From Nymphaea colorata (lineage: Eukaryota), in assembly GCF_008831285.2 (NCBI RefSeq), contig NC_045138.2, forward strand, positions 42,780,001-42,844,000: a stretch of 64,000 bases of DNA. The letters are read 5' to 3'. Both the position numbers and the translations under genes were made by a program. The stretch's first letter is position 1, and every line of letters begins with the position of its first letter. Under the pieces are notes generated by a model. It made no database searches. It was not told where the DNA came from and was given only the letters and a program-made list of their open reading frames with translations. This document shows, piece after piece, positions 13,101 through 27,205 of this stretch.

Positions 13101-14799
13101 TGATAGAAAGAGGGGGAACAAGAGCGAGTGCTTATTCAATCAAAGTATGAGTTCACAAACAAGATACACACTTAACAAATAAGCTATGTTTTGATGTATG
13201 TTTTGATGTAACCTGACCTCAAAGTAGGAGTGCTTTCTGAAGGATTGTGATGATGATCTAATGCCAACTATAAGAACCTCATGACTCCATTGAAGTAAGA
13301 GCTTCGATTTGTGAGTTCCTTTAAGCTTGGTTTGCAAGTGTTTTGCATTACCTTATACGATCTTTTTGATGAATGGGAGATCCTATAAAATGACAAGCAT
13401 TTCGTAAACAATTAAGTGTTTTGTCTGAATCAGTAATAGCAACTCCATTTTTGAAACCAACTAGATAGACTTTGAAATGGTGAGTAGGTACCCGATGGTC
13501 TAGATGTGTGTTCGTACTCAGTAATTTGCAATTTTGTTGATTATGGATTTAACCTCTCCATGCACTACTTGTCCTTCTAGGATCTTGCAAGTGTGAAAAG
13601 CCAAAGTGAGATGAGTATGCTTTACTTACTAAAAGTGATGAGCTAATTTGACAAGACAAGAAGACTTTGTTTTGACGTGACATGACCTTAGATAAGAACC
13701 TCATGACTCAATTAAAGTCAGAGCTTTGCCTTGCGAGTTCCCTTACACGTACAAAGTACTTTCAAATTTGAACTTAAGATGTGGCAACGTGTGAAACTCC
13801 TAAGAGATTGGCATTGGCTTGTGGGTTCATGTTCGCACCCCACCCCATCCTTGGGGGCATTGTTGTGAATCAACAAGAATTCCAAATTTGGTTTCCAGAA
13901 AAATTTCAAGAGAAAGGTATCCACCCATCGGAACAAGATCCAACCATTCCTGCCACCTTTAATAAGGGTAATCGGACCAAGGACTAAGCATTTCTCAGAT
14001 CATGTACAAGTCATTTGATGCAATCCTTTATGTTTATAAAGGGTTGAATTTGAAATTGAAAATTCATTTTGAATTTGGTTTTGAACAAGCAATTTTTAAG
14101 CTTGTTTTAGACAAACTGGAATAGAATTTGGACAAGTTATTTGAAAAGTTAACCTGTTTTCACAAGTTATTTGAAAATTCAATTTGCACTTAGGAGTTTG
14201 GGAAAATTGAAGGATATCCAAGATGGAAGACCATTACTTTGGTAAAACATGTGCCATTTGGCAAGAATATTGGAAATTGATTTGGGTTGTGATTTTGGCC
14301 CAAGATTTTGCTTGATAATTTGAAAATTTAGATTCGAAAATTTGATAGATAATTGAGAATTTGGCTTGAAAAATTGGAGGTTTTTGTGATTGGGATCTAA
14401 TTCCTTGTTGTGAACTCAAGATCATCCCATGATTTTAGATTGAAATTGTGATGAACTTGTGATCAAATTTTTAAGAAAAATGGCTAAGTTGACTTAGCAA
14501 ATGGATCAAATTTTGGAGAAAATGTTGAACTTTCTTAGCAAATGAATGATTTTGAATTCTATTTTTGCCAAATCATGTGATTAGGTTTAAGAGATATGAA
14601 CTTAATTTTCAAATGAGTTCTCTTTTTAGAGAAAAGTTGAGAGCAAGTAAAACTCACTCTTTTGATGAAGATTCCAAATTGCTAGATAATATGTTTTCAA
14701 AAGTATCTAGACCAAATTAGGATATGATGCTATTTGTGTTTTCTTTTGAAACTTAGTGAGATTTCCAAGTTCTTGTTGCAATATGACTTGGTTAGCTTG

Positions 14800-16670
14800 A
14801 CTTGGTATGTCCCAATCTATCATACCCATGAATGAAAATTGATGATGGGGTGTAGTTACCTTGCCTTAATACCCAATGTGCGAGTTGTTTGTTGTGGACA
14901 AATGTTTAGGCTGGCTCCTCCATCAATGAAAACAAGAGAAACTCTAATACACATTGTCTCAACCCTGTGTGCATGACATCATTGTGTAATGTGCCTCCAT
15001 TTGGTAGATCTTCAACACAAAACATGATTGGGCTCATTCATCTCTCTTATTACGGCTAAATTTCTCCATTTTGATTTGAGGTGGAGAATTTAGTTCCTCA
15101 AAGATTTCTTCTAAAGGTTTGAGATCTCATATCTGCCACCCTTTGATTAACCTCTGAATATTATGCTTGCTCAATCCAGCCTATTCATTGGCGGATCCTT
15201 TCTCATGTCTAGAAAGCAACCTAAAGAAATCCAATGATGCTTTTTCCTTTCTATCTACCACCATGATTTGATGACCTTGTAAAAATCTGACCATTGTGGC
15301 CATTCATTTTCCATGCTTAGAAAAAGGATTTTTGAGAATGTCTAGCTATTCACTGATTGCCTTGACTATTTCTTTGTCAACTGCATCTTGTACAATGTTT
15401 TTAAGCACAAAGAAATCTTTTGTATAATGTCCTGGGGCACGATGAAATTTCTAAAATTGCTCTCTGTTTTTATTAGTGGAGGATTGAAAACTTTAAGAAG
15501 AAACAGAGTACCTCTTTCAACTAGCTCATTCATGATTTCTTCGTAGCTCTACAATAATGAGGTAAATTTTCTATCATATCCCCAACAAGGATGTTCGTTC
15601 TTGGTGCACTGCTGTTGTGGCTTCACATGCTACTCCCTTATTCATGAAGGTAGCAGTCTTGGCTATGATATTGGTCAAAGCAGTCTAACTTCTGCTACTT
15701 TTGTTGGCATCTTTTTTTAATTTTATTGGGATAACAACATCAAAAGCTCCATTTTCAATCCCTGCCTTGATGCATTCAGCTTTCTTGGTGAGATCGATGA
15801 AAGATTTGATTGGAGCATTAGAAATGAGTCTCCTTAATGGTTGTGTCAATTTTTTGGTGATCAGTCCCAATGCATGGGAGTAGGAGATTAGGTCTCTCAT
15901 CTTATTGCAAGAGGACCTCAATCTTTGAATAAAATCTTTGACCTTTTTACTTGGTCTCTGCTTTAAATAGCATAAAGTGGTGATTGTTACTACAGTTTTG
16001 ACATTCTGAATAAATGTTTCAATGAAAAGGTTGATCAATCTATAAAAAAATTTCAGCTCCAGAGGATTAATGTGCTCCTGGTACCATTGTGCTGCAATTC
16101 ATTCTAAACTCCTTGGGAAGCATCGAAAGAGAACTCTATGATTGTTATAGAACTTGTAGCATTCTATAAAGAACATGACAAATTGTGCCTTCGGGTCTCC
16201 ATAGCCATCAAATTTAATGAATTTCTTAGGCAAGTTCTTGATGCGCTTGTCATTTTCGAAGCTTTTATAAAAATCTTCACATGTACAATTTCTTGTGTTC
16301 TTGCCTTTAAGTTGAACTGCATTTAACTTGTTTTCAACTTCCTAGATCTTAGCCTTCTAGGATTCTCCCTTCTTCCTTTCCTTTGGAGTCTTTTGTTCCT
16401 CTTCACTACTTGATTCCGTAGTAGTGTCTTCGAAAGAACTGGAGTTGCTTGATTAAGATTTATTTTTCTTCTTCCCTTTATTTTTGGCTTTTTCTTCATG
16501 AGCTTGCTCTTCATTGAACATGATCATGTACTTCTCAAATCTCTTGTATTCTTCATACTCCAGATCACTTGCTTCCATCCTAGGAGTTATACTTGAGGAA
16601 GACTCTTCTTAGTTTCTCTTGTTCCATCTCGATTTTCTTTCTTTGTTGGCCTTTAGTCTCCACCATAAAG
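14800..16670 (-). pseudogene. Degenerate gag and N-terminal protease
   Basis: ORF 15685-16038 (LKQRPSKKVKDFIQR, a retrotransposon gag Q..E.V..F..R motif) is colinear with 28400-28800 plus 31580-33110. A VFIDGGASLNI-type protease motif lies near 14900-14940. Confidence 0.8.
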
Positions 16671-16689
16671 CAGATGTATCTTGGCTTGA

Positions 16690-17282
16690 TGACTTCTTGG
16701 TTAAAGAAGTCCCAAATGATGGCAGAATTGTCCACTCCCTCCATCTTTGCACGATAATGCTCCACAATGGATAACAGGCCATCAGTGTTTTGAAAATGAC
16801 ATGATTCTAGACCCAATGCTTGTAGAATTATGATTGTAATGTGGAGACCCATCTTTCTATTGAGTCTGCATTCCCAATTGAAAGTTTCGTCAATCCTTGG
16901 TAAAGGAGTGCCAATGCTGCCATTGTTATGCATACATGACAGACTTTGACGTGCCCCTATTTTCTAAGGAGGTGAGCTGTGCGAAAATCCATATATGTTC
17001 TCTATTGTTGAAGAATATGAGACCCATGGTACAAGTTACCATGGAATTCTTATATTTGTTTGTAGCACTTCTAGAGAGTGAAGCAAAATTGACGTATTGG
17101 GAATATGCTTCACTAAGTTGTTCATCCATGGTGATTGTTATTTCATCCTATGGGAATCAAAATGTGTTGGTCCTTGAGTTACATCTTTCTTCAACTATAT
17201 GGATTAGACTATCGTTGATGGGCTACATTGCTAGATTGACTGCTTTTTGAAGACCACGATCTTCTAAGTGGTCTGAGAACAT
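16690..17282 (-). pseudogene. Degenerate Plant Mobile Domain (PMD) ORF
   Basis: It reads MFSDHLEDRGLQKAVNLAM*PINDSLIHIVEERCNSRTNTF*FP..ITITMDE, homologous to ORF 27206-27469, with stops and an internal deletion. Confidence 0.75.
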
Positions 17283-20200
17283 ATACTGAAAGGTTGGATA
17301 CCATAAAAGATACCACTGAGGTAGGTAGACTCCACTTGGGATGACGCGAAGTCTAGATTGACCTTGACATGACCCAAATAGGATGGATCATAGTGAAAAA
17401 TGCCTTTTTAGTCCATCTAGATAAGAAAAAGTGTTAGATATTGACATAAATTGACCCAATAGAGACTTGAAAAGAGTTTGACATTGGGTTTGCACATGGA
17501 CTTGGAAACAAAGTAGGGCGTTCCATCTCATACATCCAAGCAAGTAGCTGAAGAAAAATTAAACAATTGATAATGCATTTCCCAGGAGTCTTGTCTATAT
17601 GCATCATTTTGAAAATTGGTCTTGGAACCAATGAGGAACAAATGGGTTGCCTGACCTAGATTTATCCAAAATTTGAAGTATGCTATTTACCAAATCTATG
17701 GTACTGGTATAGACTTCTCCAAGGGTTTTCTATATTTGAGCTCCCCAATTGTCCTTGTTCACGCAATGTTATACTGGGACTATTGTCTATTTTAGTATTA
17801 ACGGAAGGACTTCTCAGTCCAATTAGGTGGTCCAGTTGTAAGGCTATATCTTGGACTAATGTTCTAAAAATGGTGCGACGACATGATGATTGAGACATGA
17901 TATAAGGATGGATTATTTTTCAAATTCATGATAAGATGTGAAATAGATGGCTTTATTGCATGGATTGCTAAGATATAGATTTGAAAATTGAAGAGCATAC
18001 ATGGGCTCCATACAACTTATAAATTGAGGAGGTGTAGGATAATTTATAGAACCAAAGGGAACATGAAATCTCCTCAATTAATTGTAGATGCATACAAATA
18101 TGATGCCGACAGGTATGATCATGAAAGGTTTCATGCAATTGATATCCAGCATTGTGAAAATGACTTGTATGTGATCCAAGAAATCCTTAGACGAATGTTG
18201 ATGGGTCCTACCCTAATCGCCATCTGTTCGCAACCCACCCAATAATTGGGGATGTCGATGCAAATTAGTAAGAACTTTAAATTACGTTTTGAGGAAAAAT
18301 TTCAAGAGAAAGGGATCCACCCTTCTGTACGAGGTCCAACCATTCTTACCGCCTTTAACAGAGGTAATTGGACTAAGGGCTAAGCATTTCTCAGATCATT
18401 ACAAGTCATTTGATGCAATTCTATATGCTTGTGCATAAAGGGTTGAAATTGAAATTGAAAATTCATTTTGAATAAACAATTTCTAAGCTTATTTTAGGGA
18501 AATTGGAATAGAATTTGCATAAGTTGTTTGGAAAGTTAACTTGTTTTGACAAGTTATTTGAAAATTCAATTTTCCTTTAGGAGTTTGGGAAAAATTAAAA
18601 AATCTCCAAGATGGAAGACCATTATTTTGGTCGAAAATGTGACATTTGTATTTGATTTCAAAATTTGGTAAGAATATTGAAAATGGATTTGGGTTGTGGT
18701 TTTGACCCAAGACTTTGCTTGATAATTCAAAAATTTAGATTGAAAATTGACACATAATTGGGAATTTAGCTTAGAAAATTGGTGACTTTAGTGATTGGGA
18801 TCTACTTTCGTATTGTGAACTCGAGATCATCTCATGAATTTGGATTGAAATTGAGATAAACTTGTGATCAAATTTTTTTTAAAAATGGCTAAGTTGACTT
18901 AGTAATTGGATCAAACTTTGGACAAAGTGTTAAACTTTCTTAGAAAATGAATGATTTTGAATTCTCTTTTTGCCAAACCATGTGATTAGGTCTAAGAGAT
19001 ATGAACTTAATTTTCAAATGACTTCTCTTTTTAAAGAAGAGTTGGGAGCAAGTAAAACCCACTCCTTTGATGAAAATTCCAAAATGCTAGAAAACATGTT
19101 GTTTTCAAAAGTATTTTTACCAAATTAGGAAATGATACTATTTGTGTTTTCTTTTGAAACTAAGTAATATTTCTAAGTTCTTGTTGTAATATGACTTGGT
19201 CACTTTTTGAAACTTGAAATAGGATCACTTCATTTCTAGGGAAGGTGCATGTGGTGTAATTTATTTTATTGAATGTGAATGCATAAAAGAAGAAGAGAAA
19301 CTATATGAGACATTCATTCTTCTCTATCTCATAATCTCTTAACATTCATTTAATGCAAACATACAACATGTAACCCATACACACAAAGATTGATTTTTAA
19401 TTGAAATGTAGGACTTTCTCTACGTACACTTAAAGTCCACAAGCTTGAGGCTTGAATTGAAATCTCAAAATAATGGGAACTCATGTAAATGAAGTTAAAA
19501 TTAATCTTCAAAATATATTTGAGACGTAGATGACATTAACTTTTGTCACAAAATAGCTATAAAATGAGATTTTGTACTAATTCAAATGGTTGAAAATCAA
19601 AAATCTTGATTCTAAGAAAGCCTGTTTCTTAGATAATGATGACAAATCATTAAAAATTGCTTAAACTTTTCATGAGCAAAACAACTAAATCAGCAAGAGG
19701 AATGCTTCTCTTGAGAGCATATTCCCATTAGTGTTAGATATACACATTGAATCATGACATGAAGTTTTAGCAAACTTCCTTTTCTAAAATCAAATTAGAT
19801 TTTACGTCATAAGGTTCATCCATCCTTTGGAGAATTTCAGCATGTTTGATGTTCACTTTTAGGATAAATGAATATTGAAACTTAAATATGATTTTGGAGC
19901 ATTTGGGGATGTTAATTAATCCCATGCAAGATATAGAAATATATGAAATGAAATCAATGACTCCAAAAATAATTTTAGGGTGCCGGTTTGAATGAGATTA
20001 GAACTTTCTCTAGTTCTATGGAAGATAGCCACTTTGTGGCTGGAAATTAACATTTCAAGAGCTTTAGAATTTTAAGCTAAATTTTATGAAAGCATGGTCT
20101 GATCTTTAACAATATACGTGCATTTTGTGCATGTATTGCTAGAATTGATAAAGTTTTAAGATGAAATATTGAGTGATCTTGTAGTTTTTAACTACATAGA

Positions 20201-21838
20201 TAAAAATGTAGACAGATTTAATTGAATCAAATTTTGATTTGAAATATTGCTTTTCAACTTGGTAATTGATTTGGGCATTTGAAAAATTTAGATGTGTATT
20301 TGATTTTCATAGAATCCTAATTGGGTCCTATGAATTCAATTTGATCATGGAAGGACAAAATTGTCTGAATTGGGTCAAATTGGGCTAAATGACCAAAGCC
20401 AAAGCTAAATTTGTGAGCTTGTTTGAGGTAATTTGATGAATTTGAGCTAAGAAAGCACTAATTGTGTTTAAATTGTGCTCAATTTTGAATTTTACTTCGA
20501 CTAGGTTTAGCCAAAGTAGATTTGATCCAGTCAAGGTCTATCTCTATCAAATAGTTAGATCATGGGATATACCTAGTCCTTTGACTAGGTTAAGCTCATG
20601 TAGACTGAGCTCAATTGAAATTGGCAGCACATTTGGGTGCACCCAGGTCAAACCTACTTGGTCTAAGTAAGTTAGGTGAAGCCACCATGGCTTCCTTGGA
20701 ACTAAGCCCCCCTTTATAACTAGAGGGTTCCTTTTTAATTAATGGAGAGAGAGAGAGATATAAATTTCTCTCTTTCCCCATGGAATTCTGTTGTAATGTT
20801 ATGTAGCTTCATTAAAAATCAGATATTTTTTAAAAGAGGGAGGGGGTGGTCTCTTGGGTGCCTTTGCTATGCAGAGGAAGTGCGGCCCACAAGTGGGTAT
20901 CGCACAATATTTTGGATCTTAAATTGGATCCAGTTTTTGAATTTGAATCTAGATTTGAATTTTGAATTCGTATATAGATTCCAAGTTGGGCATGGGTCCC
21001 AAATGACAATTATAATTGGATTTGAATTTCAAAAACCTAATTTGGATCCAGTTTTGAGTACTAGATTAGGATTTAGACTCATAATCCTTCCTTGTGATTT
21101 GTGCTATGAATTCATGATTTGAACCTAAATTGTGTTCAGATTCGATTAGGATTTAGACTCATAATCCTGCCTTTGAAAGGTGTGCTTTTAGGTAATTCAA
21201 AGTAAAGCAAGTGTGTTTAAGAGGTGTCAATTTGTCCTAGTTGTGCTAGTTCAAGATAAGCCCATGATCTTGTATATAGCATCCACACTAGTTTCACTTG
21301 GGGCTTGATTGTCTCAAGAAGACGACAATCGAGAAAGGAAGTGAGGGATAAGTCAGTAGGTATGGGTGAAGGTCTAGAACTTGTTTCAAGCTCCCAAGAG
21401 CTAACATCGATCCCTTAGAGAAAGCTATTGACTACTGAAAGACAGACTCCATGTCTGTTTAGGGTATAACAAAGAGTAGTAAAGCAGGAGAGCAAGAGGA
21501 AGTCAATCAATGGAGGTATGGAAAAAAGTCATGCAAGCAAAGCCCAACGTCATGTCATGTATGAGCATTGGAAATCAAGTGCTTTGGGAGAGGGAATTTG
21601 CAAATTTGGCTCTGATCACCAACCACAGTTTTTTCTGAACTATCAGCCAGCCAGCTAGCTAGAGGGCCACTTTCGATCGTCTAGTGGCAGGTAAATCCTC
21701 ACAGATTGATAGATTGGAAAATGATTCAATGAATAGACAAGCCCTTTTGTCTCGTTTAGTAGACTACAGTTGAAGGTGGAAGCCTGCCTTAACAAATGCC
21801 TCATCAACTCCAGTTGGTTGATCACCTTTGAACAGCTC

Positions 21839-24800
21839 TCTTAACACCCCAAATTTTTCCACCTCAGTTGATGGAAGGAATGTAAAAATTTTACAAAAGA
21901 ATTTCACAAAAAGCTTGTGAAAAAATTGAAATTTTAAAGCTAATTTTGAATCTAAGCATAATTTAGATTCAAATCATGAATTTGAATCGTGACATGAATC
22001 CCAAAGCAAGATTACGAGTCTAGATCCTAATTCGGTACTCAAAACTGGATCCAAATTAGGATTTAAGATCTTAATCCAAACTACAAGTGTCATTTGAAGT
22101 CCATATCTAATTACGAACTTTAAATCCTGATTTAAATCCCAACTTAGATCCAATTCAAGATCTAAAAGGTTATGTAGGACCCACGTGTGGACCCCACCTG
22201 GCTCGTGTGGTTAGAAGCCCACCCAACAGGTCACACACCCCCTTTTTTAATATCTTGTCTCCATTATTTTCGACAATCATTTTCAATGAGAAATGAATGA
22301 CATCATAATTGAGTTCATTGGAAAAGAGAGACATTTATCCCTCTCTCTCTCTCTATTAACTTAAAAAGGAGATCCTCTAACTAAAAGAAGAGTCAAATTC
22401 CAAAGAAGCAATAAGTGTTTCTAACCAACCTACTAATGGTAAGTAAACTCACCTAACCTACTTAATCCAAGTAGGTTTGACCTTGGTGCACCCAAATGTG
22501 GCACCAACTTCAGCTAAGCACAGTCAACACGAGCTCAACTCAGTCAAAAGGGTAGGTCTATGCCACAATCCAATTAATGGACAACAATAGACATTGACCA
22601 TACCAAATCTACTTTGACTAAACCCAGTCGAAGTACAATTTAGCTTAATCAAGTGCTTTCTTAGCCCAAATTCATCAAATTACCTCAATCAAGTCAACTT
22701 CAGCTCACAAAATGAGCTGTGACTTTGGTCAGTTGGTCAAATTTAACATAGTTTGGATAAATGAAGGCAAATATACGTTTGAATTTGTCAAATGCACAAA
22801 TCAAATGTTAAATTGAAAACCAATATTGCAAACCAATATTTGATTCAATTGAAACCCATTTTCAGTCAAATTATGGATGAAAATACCCTTTTCCAACCAA
22901 ATTTGATAAAATTTTCAAAATTTGTTTAAATTCAAATTAAATTGTCAAAGATAAATTCACAACTCAATAACATTTAGATTTGAACCTTACAAGTTCAATT
23001 TCAATAAAATAAAATAAAATAAAATGAATAAAATGAAATAGAGCAAAACCTTCGCTAGGGGTATTTTTGTCCACATTTTTTGTCAAATTTGGTCTGGCTA
23101 GCTCTGGACCAAGGTTGACCACACCTAGCCAAGCCCACCCAGCTCATGAATATGGGCTACATGTGGTTAATTAAGTCATTAAGAGCATATTTAATTCATT
23201 TTTCAAGTCATCAATCCATGTGGCATGGATTAAGCCAATGAGAAACCAAGTTCCTCTCAACTGTTGGCTGAATTTGAGGTTGGCTGAGGCGGCAGCTACC
23301 TCAGGCCATTTTTTAAAAATAAATAAAATTAACATCCAACATGGTGCCAAGCTGGACACATCCTAGATCGCCAACTCAAGGAGGGGCAAAGTCCCCAACC
23401 TTTGAGTGAATTCCCAAGGTGAATTAAAGAGGTAGGTGTGGTCAACCTCCTCCCCTATATAAACCCCCCTTGGCAGCCGGGGTTGGGGACACTATTTTTT
23501 TGTTTTTGTTATTCTGGGGTCTTCATCAACTCGTGGCAGCCAAGGAGTGAAGAAGAAGAAGTCGAGGAGAATAAGAAGAAATCATTCAAGTCTTCCCCTT
23601 TTCTCTCTCATTCCCTTCTTCATTTTCCTAATTCTTTCTATCGATCTTGCCAAGCTAGGGTACTTAAGTGGATCCTTCACCACTGCGATTTCCAGCAAGT
23701 AAGCTATCTTTTTCTAGCTTTGCTAAGCTCAAATACAAGCTTGGTTTTTTTTTGCTTAGGATTGCTTGATCTAGAAAACAAGCAAGGAAGAGAAACAAGC
23801 ACCAAAGACCGACCACAATCATTTTTGGCTTCTTGTTATTCATTTTAAATGTGTTCATGGGATGGCTATTATTTTCATTTTTATTCATGGGTGGGATGAC
23901 GTCCAGCTAGGAAAAAACCACAATTAACTGTACATGTTAATGCATGGTGCATTCATGAGTCGATTTTTCTAAAAATGAACCCATGAATCAAATTTTGAAA
24001 AGGGGCCCCAGGGCCACATTCCATTAAAAACAACCAGCCTAAAAACCTTTCGAACTCCCCACCATGAGTGAATCCAACGGTGAGAGAGAGATTTGTTGCA
24101 ATATACATAACTTAGGATGGATACATTCTTCTGAATGTGATCCACCCTTGCATGACATGACTATGGACGAACCAGCTTGAGCATTCTTTTATTTCTTTTC
24201 CATTTAAAAGTCAATTTGACTCATGCCTTTTAGATTAAATTGATCAAGGATGGTAGAGGAGACTAGAAACTAGTTTTCAATCTTCCTACATAAAAGAACC
24301 TAGCCATAAATCATCATGATTCATGAGTTATACGGCCCCTTGTTAAAATCCCACTTTGAGCGGTAAGATACGCATACATATAGATAATTATATATATGCA
24401 TGGATAACCTCTTCTTCAAAATCAGTTTTCTATTTTAAAATTAAGTTGGAACATGTTTCCAAACTGATTTTAAAGAATGAGAACTTTATTTTGATCTACA
24501 TAGTTCAAAACTACAAGATCACTTAATATATCATGTTTAAATCTTATCAATTCCTACAATACATGTGTGAAATGCATATATATTGCTCAATCAAACCATG
24601 TTTTCATAAAATTTAGCTTAAAGCTCAAGTTTAAGCTCTTGAAATGTTAATTTCAAGCCACAAAGTGGCTATCTTCCACAAAACATGAGAAAGTTCTAAT
24701 CTCATTCAAATCGGCACCCAAAGAATACTTTAGGAGTCATTGGATTCATTTCATATAGTTTTAGATCTTGCATGGGATTAATTAACATTTCAAAGTACTC

Positions 24801-26270
24801 CAAATCATATCCCAATCTTCGTTTCTTCCAAACATGCTAAAATTGCTCAAGAAATGGACTAATCTTTTATTATAAATTCTGAAATCTAATTTAGCTTTAG
24901 AAAAAAAAAGTTTCTAAAAATGTCATGTCTAAACCCAACATGTGGGAGCATGTTCTTAAGATGAAAAATCCTCTTGCTGGTTTAGATAATTTAACTCATG
25001 CAATTTTTAATGATTTGTCATCTTTCTTTCAGAAACAAGCTTTCTTAGAATCAACATTTCTGATTTTCAGCCATTTAAATACGGCTGTTTTGAGATAAAA
25101 GTCAATGTTACCCACGTCTCCCATATACTTTGAAGAATGATTTTCATTTCATTTATATGATTTTTTTGAGATTTTTATTCAAGTCTCAAGCTTGTGGACT
25201 GCATATCTAACTGTTGTGCTTAATGATATGATAAGCACATTTGGAGAAAGTCCTACATTCCAATTAAAATCAATCTTTATGTGTAGATTATAAGATGTGT
25301 AATTACATTGAATGAATGATAATAGATTATGAGAGAGACAAGAATGAATGTTTCATATAGTTTCCTTTCTTATCTCATGCATTCATATTCACCCAAAAAT
25401 CAATCGCACCACGTGCACATTCTCTATAAATTAAGTGATTCAATTTTGAGTTTCAAAAGGAGACCAAGTCATCTTGCAATAAGAATTCGAATAGCTCAGT
25501 TAATTTTCAAAGAAAACACAAGCATCACATCCCTAATCTTAGCCAAAACATGTTTTGAAAACAACACATTTTCTAACATATTGGAATTCATGTTTCATCA
25601 AAAGAACAAATTCTACTTAAGCAAAAACCCAAATTCCTCATCTCTTAGACCTAATCACACGATTTGGCAAAAAAAGATAATTTTAAAATCAATTCAGCTT
25701 GTTAAGGTAACATAGTCATTTTTCCAAAAGTTGATCATAAGACGATCACAATTTCAACCATAAAATCATCTTAAGTTCACAATAAAAAATTTAATTTTAA
25801 AATCTCCAATTTTCCCTATAAATTATGATCTAAAACATTAAATTAACTTTCAAAATCATGATGATTATCATTTTAAATCAATTTGTACCAATTCAAATGA
25901 CATATTCAATCAAAAGGTCTTCAAATCACTTTGAAAATCCTCCAAAGATTCTTCAAATAACTGGTCAATACAAGTCATTTATCTCAATTTTACTACGAAA
26001 CAAGTTTAAATCACTTGTTCGAAATGAACTTTTGATTCTCAAAACCAAAGCCTGAATGCACAAGCATATAGGATTTGCACCAATAATTTGTACATGATCC
26101 AAATAATCCTTAGTCTTTGGTCCAATCACCCTTGCTAAAGGCGTTAGGAACAGTTGGACCTCGTACCGATGGGTGGACCCCTTTCTCTTGAAATTTTTCT
26201 CAAAACCCAATTTGGTAATTTTGTTGATTCTCCATTCCGACTCCCCCGAGGATGGGGTGGGGTGCGAACA
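21839..26270 (+). repeat. 5' LTR (~4.4 kb)
   Basis: It starts TCTTAACACCCC (TG mutated to TC relative to the 3' LTR), ends GGGTGCGAACA and is a direct repeat of 35763-38470. Confidence 0.85.
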
Positions 26271-26272
26271 TA

Positions 26273-26290
26273 TAGCGATTATGGTGGGAC
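26273..26290 (+). other. Degenerate primer-binding site (probably tRNA-Arg type)
   Basis: TAGCGATTATGGTGGGAC lies 2 nt after the LTR end, and the sister copy has TGGCGATT.... It resembles the TGGCGAC... tRNA-Arg PBS of Ogre elements, but the match is imperfect. Confidence 0.55.
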
Positions 26291-26848
26291 CCATGATCGT
26301 CTGTCTAAGGATATTTGGATCATATGCAAGTTATTTTCACAATGTCGTATATCAATTGTACAAAATTTTTCATAAACATACATGCCGACATCATGTTAGT
26401 GTGCATTGAGGAGATTCCATGAACCCCTTTTACTTCTTTAAATTATCATACCCTTTCTCAATTTAGCATATGTATGGAGTCCATGTACGCTCTCAAATTT
26501 TCAAACTTATATCCTATGAATGTATGCAATAGAGCCGTCTATTTTGCATCTTCTCATGAGTTTTGAAAAACAAATCTTTACCTATATCATATCCTAGTCA
26601 TCATGTTTTCGGGCTGTTTCTAGGACATTAGTCCAAGATATAGCCTTACAACTGGATTACCTAATTGGACTGAGAACTCCCTCTATTAGTACCAAAACAG
26701 ACAATAGTCCTAGTATATTGATGGGTGAACAAAAAGAATTGGAAAGCCCAAATCTAGAAAACCCTTGGATGAGTCTATGCCAGTACTTTAGATTTTGTAT
26801 ATAGGCATACCTTGAATTTTGGATAAATCAAGAACAATTCACCCATTT

Positions 26849-26975
26849 ATTCTCCATAGGTTCCAAGGCCAATTTTTCAAAACAATTGCTTGTTTGGATG
26901 CATGAGATGTAATTCTCCATAGGTTCCAAGGCCAATTTTTCAAAACAATTGCTTGCTTGGATGCATGAGATGTAA
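26849..26975. repeat. 63 bp tandem duplication in 5' UTR
   Basis: ATTCTCCATAGGTTCCAAGGCC...GCATGAGATGTA occurs at 26849 and 26912 with one mismatch. Confidence 0.9.
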
Positions 26976-27205
26976 TGTTTTACTCGTCTCCAAACCCATG
27001 TCTTAGCCTATTGCCAAAACTCTTCTCGAGTCTCTATTGAGTCAAATGTCTAATACTTTCTCTTGTCTAGATGGACTCAGAGAGTATTTTACCATATGAC
27101 CACATCTTATTCGGGTCGTGTCAAGGTCGATCTGGACTTCACATCATCCCAAGTGGGGTCTACCTACCTCAGTAGTAACTTTAATGGTGTTCAACTTTTT
27201 GGTGT

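Larger units (their letters stand above)
13830..21170 (-). mobile_element. Internally deleted Tat/Ogre-like element (5' LTR, PBS, PMD, gag, partial protease, 3' LTR end)
   Basis: The 5' LTR is 18225-~21170 (outer end truncated) and is the reverse complement of 21950-26270. The PBS-like TGGCGATTAGGGTAGGAC is at 18205-18222. The 3' LTR remnant 13830-~14792 duplicates 18225-19200, ends ...GCGAACA and has no PBS after it. Confidence 0.85.

Noticed and set aside
20742..26409. Several 100-136 aa ORFs (20742, 23438, 25329, 25965)
   Set aside because: They lie inside LTRs, are not kept open in sister LTR copies and have no recognisable motifs.
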